This document shows positions 11,781 to 23,281 of a stretch of DNA of 64,000 nucleotides, one piece after another. The notes below the pieces were generated by a model. The model was given only the letters and a program-made list of their open reading frames with translations, was not told the origin of the DNA and did no database searches. Origin of the DNA: Octopus bimaculoides (Eukaryota); contig NC_068985.1 in NCBI RefSeq assembly GCF_001194135.2, forward strand, positions 60,481,237-60,545,236, in the 5' to 3' direction. The number at the start of each line of letters is the position of its first letter. Position 1 is the first letter of the stretch. A program made the position numbers and the translations under genes.

Positions 11781-12539
11781 CCTCTAAGTATGGTAAGACA
11801 TATCAATCAGTTGTGGTAGTTTGTTACATAATAAGCTTCCAACTTGTAGGAGGGGAGGTAGAGGTAATAATAGTTACATAATAATTACAATGACATTAGC
11901 AGTGATAATAGGAAGTCTTGATATCTAAAAAACTATGGAAGATTTACTTTTGCACCAGCAGTAACAATATGAAATCTTAATATCAACTATAGAATCTATG
12001 GAAATCCATCAAGGTTTATGCTGTGTTGTAAACAGCATTTTTGTTGTCAGGTCATTATATTCTGACCTGCATTGTTGAGACATCAACTGAAACAATATTC
12101 AGTGCCATGTCTATAAATTATAATTACAGTAATTATCTCCAGCAGTTAATCTCCCTTCATCTGTGCTAAATAATAAGATATGCTATTTAGTCCCCACTTC
12201 TTAATCTCGTTTTTAATCTGTTTGTTGTGTAATTGTAGAGGAAAGTATTGCCTGTGTCACGTGAACGTCTCTTAGATATCCCTATGTCCACATTATCCTG
12301 GTCTTGGTCTGCAACTTTTGTTGCTAATTATAATGTTCATTATGAATAATTATCTCACCTGTGAATGGCTGTGGTAGAGGAGTCAAAAACAAAAGGAAAG
12401 GATAAAGATTAATAATCACTTTTTTCTTAATCTAGAGATGATAACAATCAGGGTATTTTAGATAAGTTCATAACCGAAACAAATTTTGAAAGAAATAGTA
12501 ATTTCACTTTGAGAAATGTATAGAGTACTATTTATATCA

Positions 12540-12760
12540 CCGTTACCCTCCTTATTTTCATCATCATTATTATCATTAGCCTCCTTGTCTTCATCATCAT
12601 TGTTAACCTCCTTGTTGCCTTCATCATCATCATTGTTACCAGCATCATCATCATCAGTCACCATTGTTATCATCCTCATCATCACCTTCCTTGTTGTCTT
12701 CATCATCATTGTCATGATTATCATCACCTTTATCCTCATCACTGTCATCATTATCATCTC
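12540..12760. repeat. Degenerate (ATC)n-based compound minisatellite
   Basis: Recurrent unit resembling cctccttgtcttcatcatcatt; on the minus strand it reads as D/N/E-rich peptide. Confidence 0.8.
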
Positions 12761-13087
12761 TGCTCTATTTTAATCTAATATCTAATAGTGTCTCTGGTAA
12801 TTATTGGTGTCACCAAGGAATACCCTGGTTCTTCTAACCCACTTCTCCCTGTCTTCCTCTTATCTATACAGCTACAACATCAAACCAGGGGCAACTGGAG
12901 CCATCCAATAATAAAACTATTATATGTGGTGGTGGTGGTGGATCTCTGCCATTTGACAATGAAAATCCAGTTGTTCAATCAAATGAATTATCTGCCCCTG
13001 AATTAACTTGTAAGTGGTCAAGTTCTCTACAGATACACGTATTCCCTGAAATTTATTCTCAGATAGAATCAGTGTCACATAGTGTTA

Positions 13088-13126
<39 letters not shown>

Positions 13127-13279
13127 TCAAATATGAAATAGAAGCAACTCTAGTGTAATAAACATTGTTGACCACATATACTCAGTGTGCATACACTGTA
13201 TATTTGCCAGAAGGCTGTGATTTGGTGTGGTAAAGATTACTCTCTCAAAATGCTCTCATGAACAAGCAAAACAAATCAC

Positions 13280-13537
13280 TCCAAATCCCATTCAGGAGTG
13301 ATGGATATCAATGTTTTGCCATTTTTGTGGCTTGTCAACATCATGCACCCTATTTCATATTAGAATTTACTCTTACATCTGCCTTATCTGGGCATACCTG
13401 CACATAGTTTTCACACTATATACACATGTCATGGACTGGCAGTATGATTCACCTCTAATTCAGTTTTGGCACATAATGTTCATAAGCCACAAAAAAGGGG
13501 AAACATCGATGTCCGTCACTCCTGAATGGAATTTGGA
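13280..13537. mobile_element. Unclassified MITE / foldback with about 66-bp inverted repeats
   Basis: tccaaatcccattcaggagtgatggatatcaatg... (13280-13345) is the imperfect reverse complement of 13472-13537. No clear TSD; the right end abuts a SINE B fragment. Confidence 0.8.
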
Positions 13538-13539
13538 AA

Positions 13540-13918
13540 GGTAAGTCGATTACATCGACCACAGTGTTCAACTGGTACTTATTTTATCAATCCTGAAAGG
13601 ATAAGTCAACCTTGGCAGAATTTGTACTCAGAACATAAAGACAGATTAAATGTCACTAAGCATTTTGCCTGGCATGCTAATGATTCTGCCAGCTCACTGC
13701 CTTGATATTAATAAGAATAATCTTTTCTGTTATAGGCACAAGGCCTGAAATTTGATTACATTGACTCCAGTGTTCAACTGGTACTTATTTTATTGACCCC
13801 GAAAGGATAAAAGGCAAAGTCAACCGCTGCAGAATTTGAACTTAGAACATACAGACAGATGAAATGCCACTAAGCATTTTGCCCGGTGTGCTAACAATTC
13901 TGCTGGCTTGCTACCTTG

Positions 13919-13920
<2 letters not shown>
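13540..13920 (-). mobile_element. Two tandem SINE family B copies (Deu/Nin/Meta-like central domain)
   Basis: Reverse complement of gagttcaaattc...gactttgcctttcatcctttcggggtcgataaaataagtaccagttg, followed by an (AAT)n tract at 13919-13953. Confidence 0.85.
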
Positions 13921-13957
<37 letters not shown>

Positions 13958-13964
13958 GAAGAAG

Positions 13965-14325
13965 GAAAATAGCAATGTTTGATAAGAAGTTTACTTCCCA
14001 ACTACATGATTCTGGGTTCAGTCCTACTGTGTGGCATCTACTATAGCCTCAGGCCAACTAAAGCCTTGTAAGTGGATTTTGTGAATGGAAACTAAAAGAA
14101 GACTTGTGCATGTGTGTTTGTCCCACACCACCACTTGACAAACGGTGTTGGTGTGTTTACACCTCCGTAACTTAGTGGTTCAGCAAAGAGAATGCTAGAA
14201 TAAGTACCAGACTTTAAAAAAATAAATAAATAGAGGGATGGATCTGTCTGACTAAAATTCTTCAAGGTTGGTGCCCCAGCATGGCTACAGTCTAATGACA
14301 GAAACAAGTAAAAGAAAAATAAATA
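13965..14325 (+). mobile_element. SINE A head plus CR1-type tail
   Basis: Head, short (TG) spacer, then cttgacaaacggtgttggtgtgtttac...ggtgccccagcatggctacagtctaatgacagaaacaagtaaaag. Confidence 0.85.
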
Positions 14326-15194
14326 TTTATATTAAATGAAAGATTAACTCTTGTTTATTGTTTTAACACCCAATTTCCTCCACCGCTGTTTACTGACGCT
14401 GATAAATTGAATATTTTGTTGATTTGCTTCGTAATATATAATGAATTTAATATATTTTGACAGTGTGAAATTTTGTTCAGAACTTATTGATCTTACTGAC
14501 GTTAAGTATTGAGCACAATGGCAAAGTTTATTTTTTCGAAATGGTCTGATCAATACCAATCATAATAATATTTCCTGTTTAAGAGTGCTGTGTTATAACT
14601 TGAACTTGTGGCCTCTGGGTCAAATGTCAAGAACTTAAAACTTCCTACAAAACTTTCTCTTCCTCTCTTTATCGTTATTTCTGCATCTCAGAATGTCAGT
14701 TTACGTATCTCCAGTACAGTAACATTATGAAATTTACATCTCTTAACAAAGATTTCTAACTTTCTCAACAAATGGTTGAAGGGAATATGTAAAGACATGG
14801 AAGGTAAATTATTCAACAATTCCAGAAGCTGCAGAGACATCTTTTGTGCACTGCTATCATTTATAATTACATTCAAGATTTCAAATGCAAAAAAGACAGA
14901 ATATATTTGACAGTGATATGTTGTCAATCTTTTGAAACTTATATAATACTGTAAAATAATATGATACTATAAATATAATATTTACTTACACAATAGTGTA
15001 AAATATACTATAAAATACAGTGGTATCTATATGTGTAATAGTGTAAAAATTGATTTTAAAAATGGAATTCTTATGAACGCATAATGTCTGGTGAAGGAAA
15101 AAATAGGACATTTTAAAATAAATCTATAAATTTGAAGCCAAAGTCAAAAGAAACCAGAAAATGTTTGCCTTCATTCTTGTTTTTATATTAGGTG

Positions 15195-15540
15195 AAACAT
15201 GATTATGTAGTTAAGAAGTTTGCTTCCAAACCACATGGTTTTTAGGTTGAGTCCCACTACATGACATCCTTGGGAAGTGACTTTTACTAAGCCTTGTCAG
15301 TGAATTTGATTGCCAGAAACTAAAAAAAGCCCATCATGTGTGTGTTGTGTCCCTGTCATACAAAGTGTCATTCATTTCCAGGCATCGATTAAAGCATGTC
15401 CAACCGAGAGGGAATATTACCTTACTGGGAAATGAGTGTTAGTGACAAGAAAGGTATGTGGTTATAAAAGTCTGCCTCAGTAAATTCTGTCTGACCCATG
15501 CAAGCATGGAAAAGTAGACATTAAAACAGTGATGATGATG
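15195..15540 (+). mobile_element. SINE A head plus RTE-type tail
   Basis: Head to 15335, tail ending cccatgcaagcatggaaaagtagacattaaaacagtgatgatgatg. Confidence 0.85.
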
Positions 15541-16337
15541 AATAATTTATCTCCCTTGTTTTCTGTGACTAACACTTTTATGAGCCATTGAAGGGGCCTT
15601 ATATGGTTGCTTGATCTGCGAAAAATATGTCATATTTTCCACAAATCACTTTACCGTTTTATGAAAACATTGATGGAAACATTGGATAATATAGTCTTAG
15701 ATACACCATGTTTGAAAAATAAAAGACTCCTCAGTCTTGGCTGGAATATGTTGGATAATAGGTGTAGTAGATCAAGGCTAATTTGGAGCTAAATAATAAT
15801 CGACTTTTAATAAAATCACCACCCTCTTCTTTGTCTAAGATTATTTAGTGGTTATTGTTTAGCCCTAATTCATCAAAGATCCAGCAGAGCTGTACTTTTC
15901 TCTCAAATACTAACAAGGTTGTTTGACTGTTGTTGTTTAACCCTAGGTCATCAATGATCCAGTAGGCTTATAGGCAATGTCTCAGCCATTATTGTTGTGT
16001 CTTTATCTATTCAGACCCAGGATATCCACAAAATTAGTAGCATGTTATTGGATTGAAATTTCGTTGTTATTTCTAGTTGGTCGAATGACAGTATTGAAGC
16101 TCTGTCATTGACTCAGAGATGTTTAAGTTATAAAAAGGAGCAAAGAGAACAGGAAACACAAACAATGAAGTAAAACGAACTACTGCCATTGCCAAACCTT
16201 CATGGAATGAACTGTTTGTTGAAATAGGTTGAACGGAATTCTATTAGAAATCAAACAACTGCTTACACACTTGTTCACATATGTATGTGCTTGTGTGTAG
16301 ATGTGTGTGTGAGTATGTGCATATATATGTGTGTTTA

Positions 16338-16409
<72 letters not shown>

Positions 16410-16974
16410 TGTGTATGTGTATACATGTATATGTTTGTCTGTTTTTGTTGCAGTCAGATGTCAAGGTAGTCACTGAAGGACAAACACTATTGTCCTCCTC
16501 CACCTTCTTCTTATAATCAACAACAGTAAGCGTTTACCATTCTGTTTCTTCCTAGTTAGGATAACAAAATTCGTCTGGATATGAAAACAGAAGATAAAAT
16601 AGAAATAAAGGGTGTTAATTTACTTATCTAATGAAGAATAATTAGAAATAACAGAGTTAATCAGTAAAACAAGCTGGATGGAAATAGCAATAATGAATCA
16701 ATCAATAAAACTGAACATTTAATCACTGTTATTGATCTTTCCCTCCATTTCTCTCACAACTGACCCTACCTCTCTCTCCATCCCACCAATGAAATCCTTT
16801 ACTAATAAATACTTTGTTATACACAAATATTTTGCAACTACAACCATAATCCTGGCAATGTCTTCCAACAAAACAACACACCTTCTCACTGGATAAATAT
16901 TTTACATTTAAGTTCAGGTTTTCTAGTTTCACTGTAGTGACAATTTTCTTTCTAGATTCCTTTTCACTCAAAAT

Positions 16975-17150
16975 ATGACTTCTTTCTCCCAACACTTTCT
17001 CTTGAGGAAGACATCTTACTCCCAACATTTAATCTTGAGTGAAACACTTTTTTCTTCACACTACTTTGAAGAAAATATCTTTCTCCCAACTCTTTCCTTG
17101 AGCATGACATTTCTCTCTTGGCACTTCATCTTGAGTGAAGTATGTGTTTC
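16975..17150. repeat. Degenerate 30-33 bp minisatellite, about 5 units
   Basis: Unit resembles acatctttctcccaacactttatcttgagtgaa. Confidence 0.65.
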
Positions 17151-17514
17151 TTTAAGAATTTTCTCAAGGTGTCACACTGATATTTCCAATTTCTGCCAAT
17201 GTTATAACCCAAACAGCCTTTAAACAGAACACCACCACCAACAGGTATCCTCTATGGTGTCACATGATCTTCTAGAAATAACACCCAAATCTCCCTGAAT
17301 TCATATTATAATCAAAACAGATGGATACATACTTCTAGATACAACTGGAAAAACACAGAATAGTAGTCATGGATAGAATGCCTTTCATCAGTTGGGATTA
17401 AGCAACCATAAAATTCCCTTTTTAGATTCAGCTTAAAAATTCTTTTGCCAATCAACAATTTTATGCCACTTTTTGGATTTTGTTTTACTATCCAGATTGA
17501 GATTGTAATAATAA

Positions 17515-17890
17515 TCTTTTATCTTTTACTTGTTTCAGTCATTAGACTGTGGCCATGCTGGAGCACTGCCTTGAAGAATTTTTAGTCAGATGGATCAACC
17601 CCAGTACTTATATTTTTCTTTTCCTTTTTACCTGTTACTCATTCTATCAGTCTCCTTGCTGAACTGCTAAGTTATGGGGAAATAAACACAACAACAATTG
17701 GATGTCAAACAGTGGTGGGAGACAAACACTGACACACACACACACACACACACAATGGAATTTTTTCAGTTTCTATCTACCAAATCTACTCACAAGGCTT
17801 TGGTCAGCTTGAAGCTATAGTAAAAGACACTTACCCAAGATGCCATGCAGTGGGACTGAACTTGGAACCAAGTAGATGGGGAGCAAGCTT
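17515..17890 (-). mobile_element. SINE A head plus CR1-type tail, reverse orientation
   Basis: ttttacttgtttcagtcattagactgtggccatgctggagcactgcc...(CA)n...tctaccaaatctactcacaaggctttggtcagc. Confidence 0.85.
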
Positions 17891-18059
17891 ATACAGGGCT
17901 CCAGTGTGCTACAACTCATCAGAAAAGTTTAAAAAAAAGAGGGGGCAGAAAGTAAATATATATAAGTCAAGTAAATAAATATAGCAGTGAATGTTATAAG
18001 TATGTTCAGTACACAGAATAAAACATAAAAATAGACAGAAATGAAAAGTGAGTTATAAA

Positions 18060-18260
18060 AAGGAAATGGTTTATAAGCGCATCAGGAGCAGTGCTGATGA
18101 ATTCCATGAAGCACGGAATTTTTGGAGGGTGCAGTCTCCTGACAGCTAACAACTGACATGGGTAGTTTATTCCATGCTTCAACAATTTTGAGCAGGTGAA
18201 AAATGTTTTCAAATGTCAAGGCTGGTATGTTGTATATTTGATTCTAAAAGCTTGTCCACA
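18060..18260 (-). mobile_element. CR1-like LINE 3' remnant
   Basis: Minus peptide FHLLKIVEAWNKLPMSVVS matches the F..RVV..WN.LP..VV motif at CR1 ORF2 C-termini. Confidence 0.6.
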
Positions 18261-18389
18261 AATAATAGAAATATAGAATTGAAAAAGATGGTCAAAGATA
18301 AATGTGTCAAATGTGTAAAGCTAGAATAGATACCCAGAACAATCTTCAGGCCTGCACACATAAACCTGTTGTGAAAATTCTATTTAAAT

Positions 18390-18558
18390 TAGTTTTGGTA
18401 AACATTGTTTCTCTCATTTATCCATATGAATACTGTGCCATACTCTCAATACCTGAAGTCTGTCTGTCTCTCCCCAATTTGCTATTTTGCTTATATGAAC
18501 CCTCAAAAATCTTATATGTACCCCAAGAGGTCATATGAACCCCTGTTGAGAACCACTG
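18390..18558. mobile_element. Decayed hAT-type MITE
   Basis: Right end acccctgttgagaaccactg; possible TSD atttaaat / gtttaaat; left TIR degenerate. Confidence 0.4.
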
Positions 18559-19048
18559 GTTTAAATGATGAAAATTATCCGTTTTAGTATATACTTAGTC
18601 TATAGGTCTCTTTTTGCCAGACCACTAAATTATGGAAACATAAACAAATCAACACTGGTTGACAAGTGAGATTTGCTCTAGACACACACACACACAAAGT
18701 ATAAATCACCTTGAATGCAATGCAGTGAGATTGAACCTAAAACCATGTAGTTTCAAAGTGACATTCTTAACTACACAGCCATACCTGCATCTCTGAATGT
18801 TGAAAAATTAAATTATTTTGTTCGCTTTTCCTAATTACTCCTGTTAAGCCCTAGTACTTATCTTAAAGTCTGATATTCATTATTGAATTACTGTCTTTTC
18901 CTAATTAAATCAGCAATTATTAATTAGACCTTAAATTCTATACCACCAAATGCATAGAGATAATTTTATGCTGCTTGAGAAAAATGTTTGGCTTAATTAA
19001 TTTGTGATTATTAAGCAAATTTTATTTCCTTCTTTCTATACTTTTTAA

Positions 19049-19482
19049 CCCTTTTGATTCCAACCTGCATGTGGCTGCCTTTGGTTCTGGGATACATACT
19101 TCATGTTTAAAGTGATATTAATTAAAACCTTTCATCAAAATTTCATGTTAATTTATGTTCTAAACACCAACTTATTAAATGACAGTTATTTAACTAAATG
19201 TTTTGTAATTTTTTAAATTATTGAAATAAAAGCAGCTTATTTCAACAGAAATATGGTAATAAAATGAGTTGACGTTTTTTGATACAAACCAACATGTGAC
19301 AGCCATAGTCCTTTGATTACAAATTTCATGTTTAAAGTGATCTGAATTCTGAACTTTCATCAAAATATGTTAATCCAAGTTCCAAACATCAGCTGACGTT
19401 ATTTTCCTAAATTCTTCATTATTTTCAAATATTAATTGAAACCAAATCTATGTATTTTGATAGAAATAAGGTAATAAAAGAG
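19049..19482. mobile_element. Head-to-tail dimer of TTAA-flanked MITE
   Basis: TTAA(19045-48), copy 1 to 19268, TTGA(19269-72), copy 2 to 19482, TTAA(19483-86). Both copies share catgtttaaagtgat...tttcatcaaaat...gaaata.ggtaataaaa.gag. Confidence 0.8.
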
Positions 19483-19509
19483 TTAAGTGTAGATTGTCTT
19501 CCATAGCTC

Positions 19510-19700
19510 TGAATACCAAATTAGGGGGTCAGGGTTGACAGAATTGCAAGGGTGTAATGCAAAATGCTTGTTTTTTATCTTTCTTCTTCATGTTCTGAAT
19601 TCAAATTCCACTGAAGTTAACTATGCTTTTCATCCTTTTGGGATCATCAAAAATAATTCCAGTCAAGTATTGGAGTTTTTGATTTAATCAATTGCCAGTC
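19510..19700 (+). mobile_element. SINE family B, decayed
   Basis: gttctgaattcaaattccactgaagttaactatgcttttcatccttttggg... Confidence 0.7.
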
Positions 19701-19734
19701 TATATTGACATACAACGAGCTAGCATGATAAATT

Positions 19735-20235
19735 CAGATCATCATCATAATGTCCAATTTCCATGCTTACATTGGTCAGATGGGACTCATAGATACATAT
19801 ATTCCATAGCTGGATGCTTTTCCTGTCAACTGTCACCAGTTTCCAATCAAAGTAATATTTACCCTAATCTGGATAGATTGCAAGTAAACAGCATGTCCTA
19901 TATGATGGCGATGTTTTGTTTACAACCAGTGTGTAGTTTCAAGACAGACAGAAAAAAAACACATACACACACATGTACACATATCTGGATACAAAAGTAT
20001 GTATATTGTATGTGTGTGCGTACAGACACACACACATGTACACATACCTGCATATGTAAGTATGTAATGTATATTGTATGTATGTGTGTGTGTGGACACA
20101 CACACACCTATCTGCCTGCCTGCCTACCAATTTACCTTGCCATCATCCATCTATTTATCTACCTAGTAGAGTTCTTTTTTAGTTTCTGCCTATCAAATTC
20201 ACTCCTAAAGCTTTGGTCAGCCCTTGGCTATAGTA
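19735..20235 (-). mobile_element. Partial SINE A plus microsatellite spacer plus RTE-type tail
   Basis: Tail reverse complement at 19735-19910; head fragment at 20170-20235. Confidence 0.7.
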
Positions 20236-21562
20236 GAGCTCCAGTTCCTGCCCTATAGTGGAGCTCCAATGACAGGTGAGGCAACAGAACACCCATTAGA
20301 GTATCCTGCTGTTGCATCACTATAATATGTAGCTCTCTATACTACAGCCAATGCACACACACACACACACGTATACACATCCTATCATTCACACACACAT
20401 ATATTCTCTCTCTAAAAGGAGATGCCGTTACTAGAGATAACACCAAAGATAAAGAAGAGCTTTCAATACAATATTAAAACGGAAAGTTGAACCCAAATCA
20501 CGATTTTCCATTTGACACAATGTAATCAATAAACATTTTATAAATTTCACAGAAAAATTCTTTTTAATAAACATTGTATTGGTAAATAAATATCCATTTT
20601 TGAAAATATCTCAGAAATATATAAAAAGATGAAATGAATTTTTTTGTTTGTTTTTTTTTTTCTGTTCTGTCTGATACAGAATAAATTTACATTTTATTTT
20701 CAATGTTTTACTTCTTTTGTAGTTTCACTTAAAAGAGAGAGAAATAAAATATAATTATAAAAATAATTAAACTATTCACTTGCTGTCAACAAATATATAT
20801 AATCTGTGAAGAAAGAATTTCATTTCTAGTTCGAAGAAACACACATAAATCTATATAAAATGGTATTTTGGTTATTTTATTTCTTTGTGGCAGTTTAAAT
20901 TGGGGAAAATTTATGAAGCATAAGACATAGCATCAAGCATGACAACAGCAATGGTTTTGTAATTTCAGAACACACACACACATGCACAGATGTATACCCA
21001 TGTACATATAGACACATACAGATACACATAGGCACAGGCACACCAGTACATGCATAGGCCTGCACAAGCATGCAAGTATGCAGACATATACAATGATACA
21101 CAAACACACACACACACACAAACACACACATACACACTCTCCAGCTACATTTTTGTAATTTCAAGATACATTTTGTTTTCAAACTCTAGCTTGCACAAGA
21201 ATTCAGTGACTTAACTAATATCCTCTGCAATGCAATAACTAAGTGCAGCAATGCAACAGATAAGTGCAAATGTCAAAATTGGTTTGTTACATAACTTGTC
21301 AACATAGTGTCTCTGTCTGTCTGTCTCCCCACCACTCTATTATATATATATATATATATATATATATCTATCTTCGAAACGTCGAGTTAGAATAGAGGCA
21401 GCTGATGAATAATTCCAAGTGGCTTTCTGTTTTCCTATGTGTTCGTTACGTTGTCTGTAGTTCATTGTTCTAACGTCCTGTACCCTGATATGCATCTATA
21501 TACACATGTAGATGAAAGTATATACATATATGTGTGTATACATGCATATATATTTTTTGTAT

Positions 21563-21604
<42 letters not shown>

Positions 21605-23185
21605 GTTTCTGTTTAGACAGACATCATATTTTCAGTTGATTCCCTCTGGAATTACTCTTAATTCATTGTGTTTGTGCTAGTATACACATAATCAACATGA
21701 TCATTATCTTTTAATGTCAGGCTTCTATGTTGACATTAGTTTGACAGGACCTAACATTGTCAATGTCTGCTTTGGCATGGTTTTGACTGCTGGATACTAT
21801 TTTTAATGTCACACACCTTACAGAGTATTCTGAATGCTTTTTTTTTTTCATGGCACCAGCACCAGTGAGGTTGCTATGCAGCCTGCAGGACTTAGTTCCT
21901 CTTCATTTGAATGGTGCTACAATAGAGCAGGACACTGCTTTATCTACAAAAGGAGCTATATGATTACTCACATTATAGAAGAAGAGGTATGAGTAACTAG
22001 GATGGAGCTGGAAAGAGTTAAAATAGTGGTTATGAGGTGTCAGGGTTAACCCTTAAGATACAAGGTGAGAAGTGGAGGGAAGAGAACATAATTATTTTCA
22101 TTTAGTTTTTAGTACTGCCTATGTCGTGTGTGTGTATGTGTTATTGTCCCTTGTCATGCAAGTGGTGTCTGTAAAAAGCCCATTGTGTGTGTGTGTGTGT
22201 GTGTATTTATGTATGAGTATGTATTTTTGTATCTCCTTGTCTTGACTTCACATAATACTCAGTGTTTCTATTTTATAGCTAGTTTCATTCATTTTCAATA
22301 TTCTGTGAGAACATGTGTAGCCTTGGAGGAAATATCTTACTTAGAAACAGGTAAGGGCTGGTTTCAGGAAGGGCATCCAGTTATAGAAAACCTGCCCCAA
22401 GAAATTCAGAATCATGTAAGCATGGAAAAGTAGATTTTAAAATGATGATATATATATATATNNNNNNNNNNNNNNNNNNNNNNNNNNNNNNNNNNNNNNN
22501 NNNNNNNNNNNNNNNNNNNNNNNNNNNNNNNNNNNNNNNNNNNNNNNNNNNNNNNNNNNNNNNNNNNNNNNNNNNNNNNNNNNNNNNNNNNNNNNNNNNN
22601 NNNNNNNNNNNNNNNNNNNNNNNNNNNNNNNNNNNNNNNNNNNNNNNNNNNNNNNNNNNNNNNNNNNNNNNNNNNNNNNNNNNNNNNNNNNNNNNNNNNN
22701 NNNNNNNNNNNNNNNNNNNNNNNNNNNNNNNNNNNNNNNNNNNNNNNNNNNNNNNNNNNNNNNNNNNNNNNNNNNNNNNNNNNNNNNNNNNNNNNNNNNN
22801 NNNNNNNNNNNNNNNNNNNNNNNNNNNNNNNNNNNNNNNNNNNNNNNNNNNNNNNNNNNNNNNNNNNNNNNNNNNNNNNNNNNNNNNNNNNNNNNNNNNN
22901 NNNNNNNNNNNNNNNNNNNNNNNNNNNNNNNNNNNNNNNNNNNNNNNNNNNNNNNNNNNNNNNNNNNNNNNNNNNNNNNNNNNNNNNNNNNNNNNNNNNN
23001 NNNNNNNNNNNNNNNNNNNNNNNNNNNNNNNNNNNNNNNNNNNNNNNNNNNNNNNNNNNNNNNNNNNNNNNNNNNNNNNNNNNNNNNNNNNNNNNNNNNN
23101 NNNNNNNNNNNNNNNNNNNNNNNNNNNNNNNNNNNNNNNNNNNNNNNNNNNNNNNNNNNNNNNNNNNNNNNNNNNNNNNNNNNNN

Positions 23186-23218
<33 letters not shown>

Positions 23219-23239
23219 ATATATATATATATATATGTG

Positions 23240-23281
<42 letters not shown>

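Noticed and set aside
14680-14930. 79-aa minus ORF and an overlapping plus-strand splice-bounded segment
   Set aside because: No recognisable domain; the plus segment has stops in all frames.
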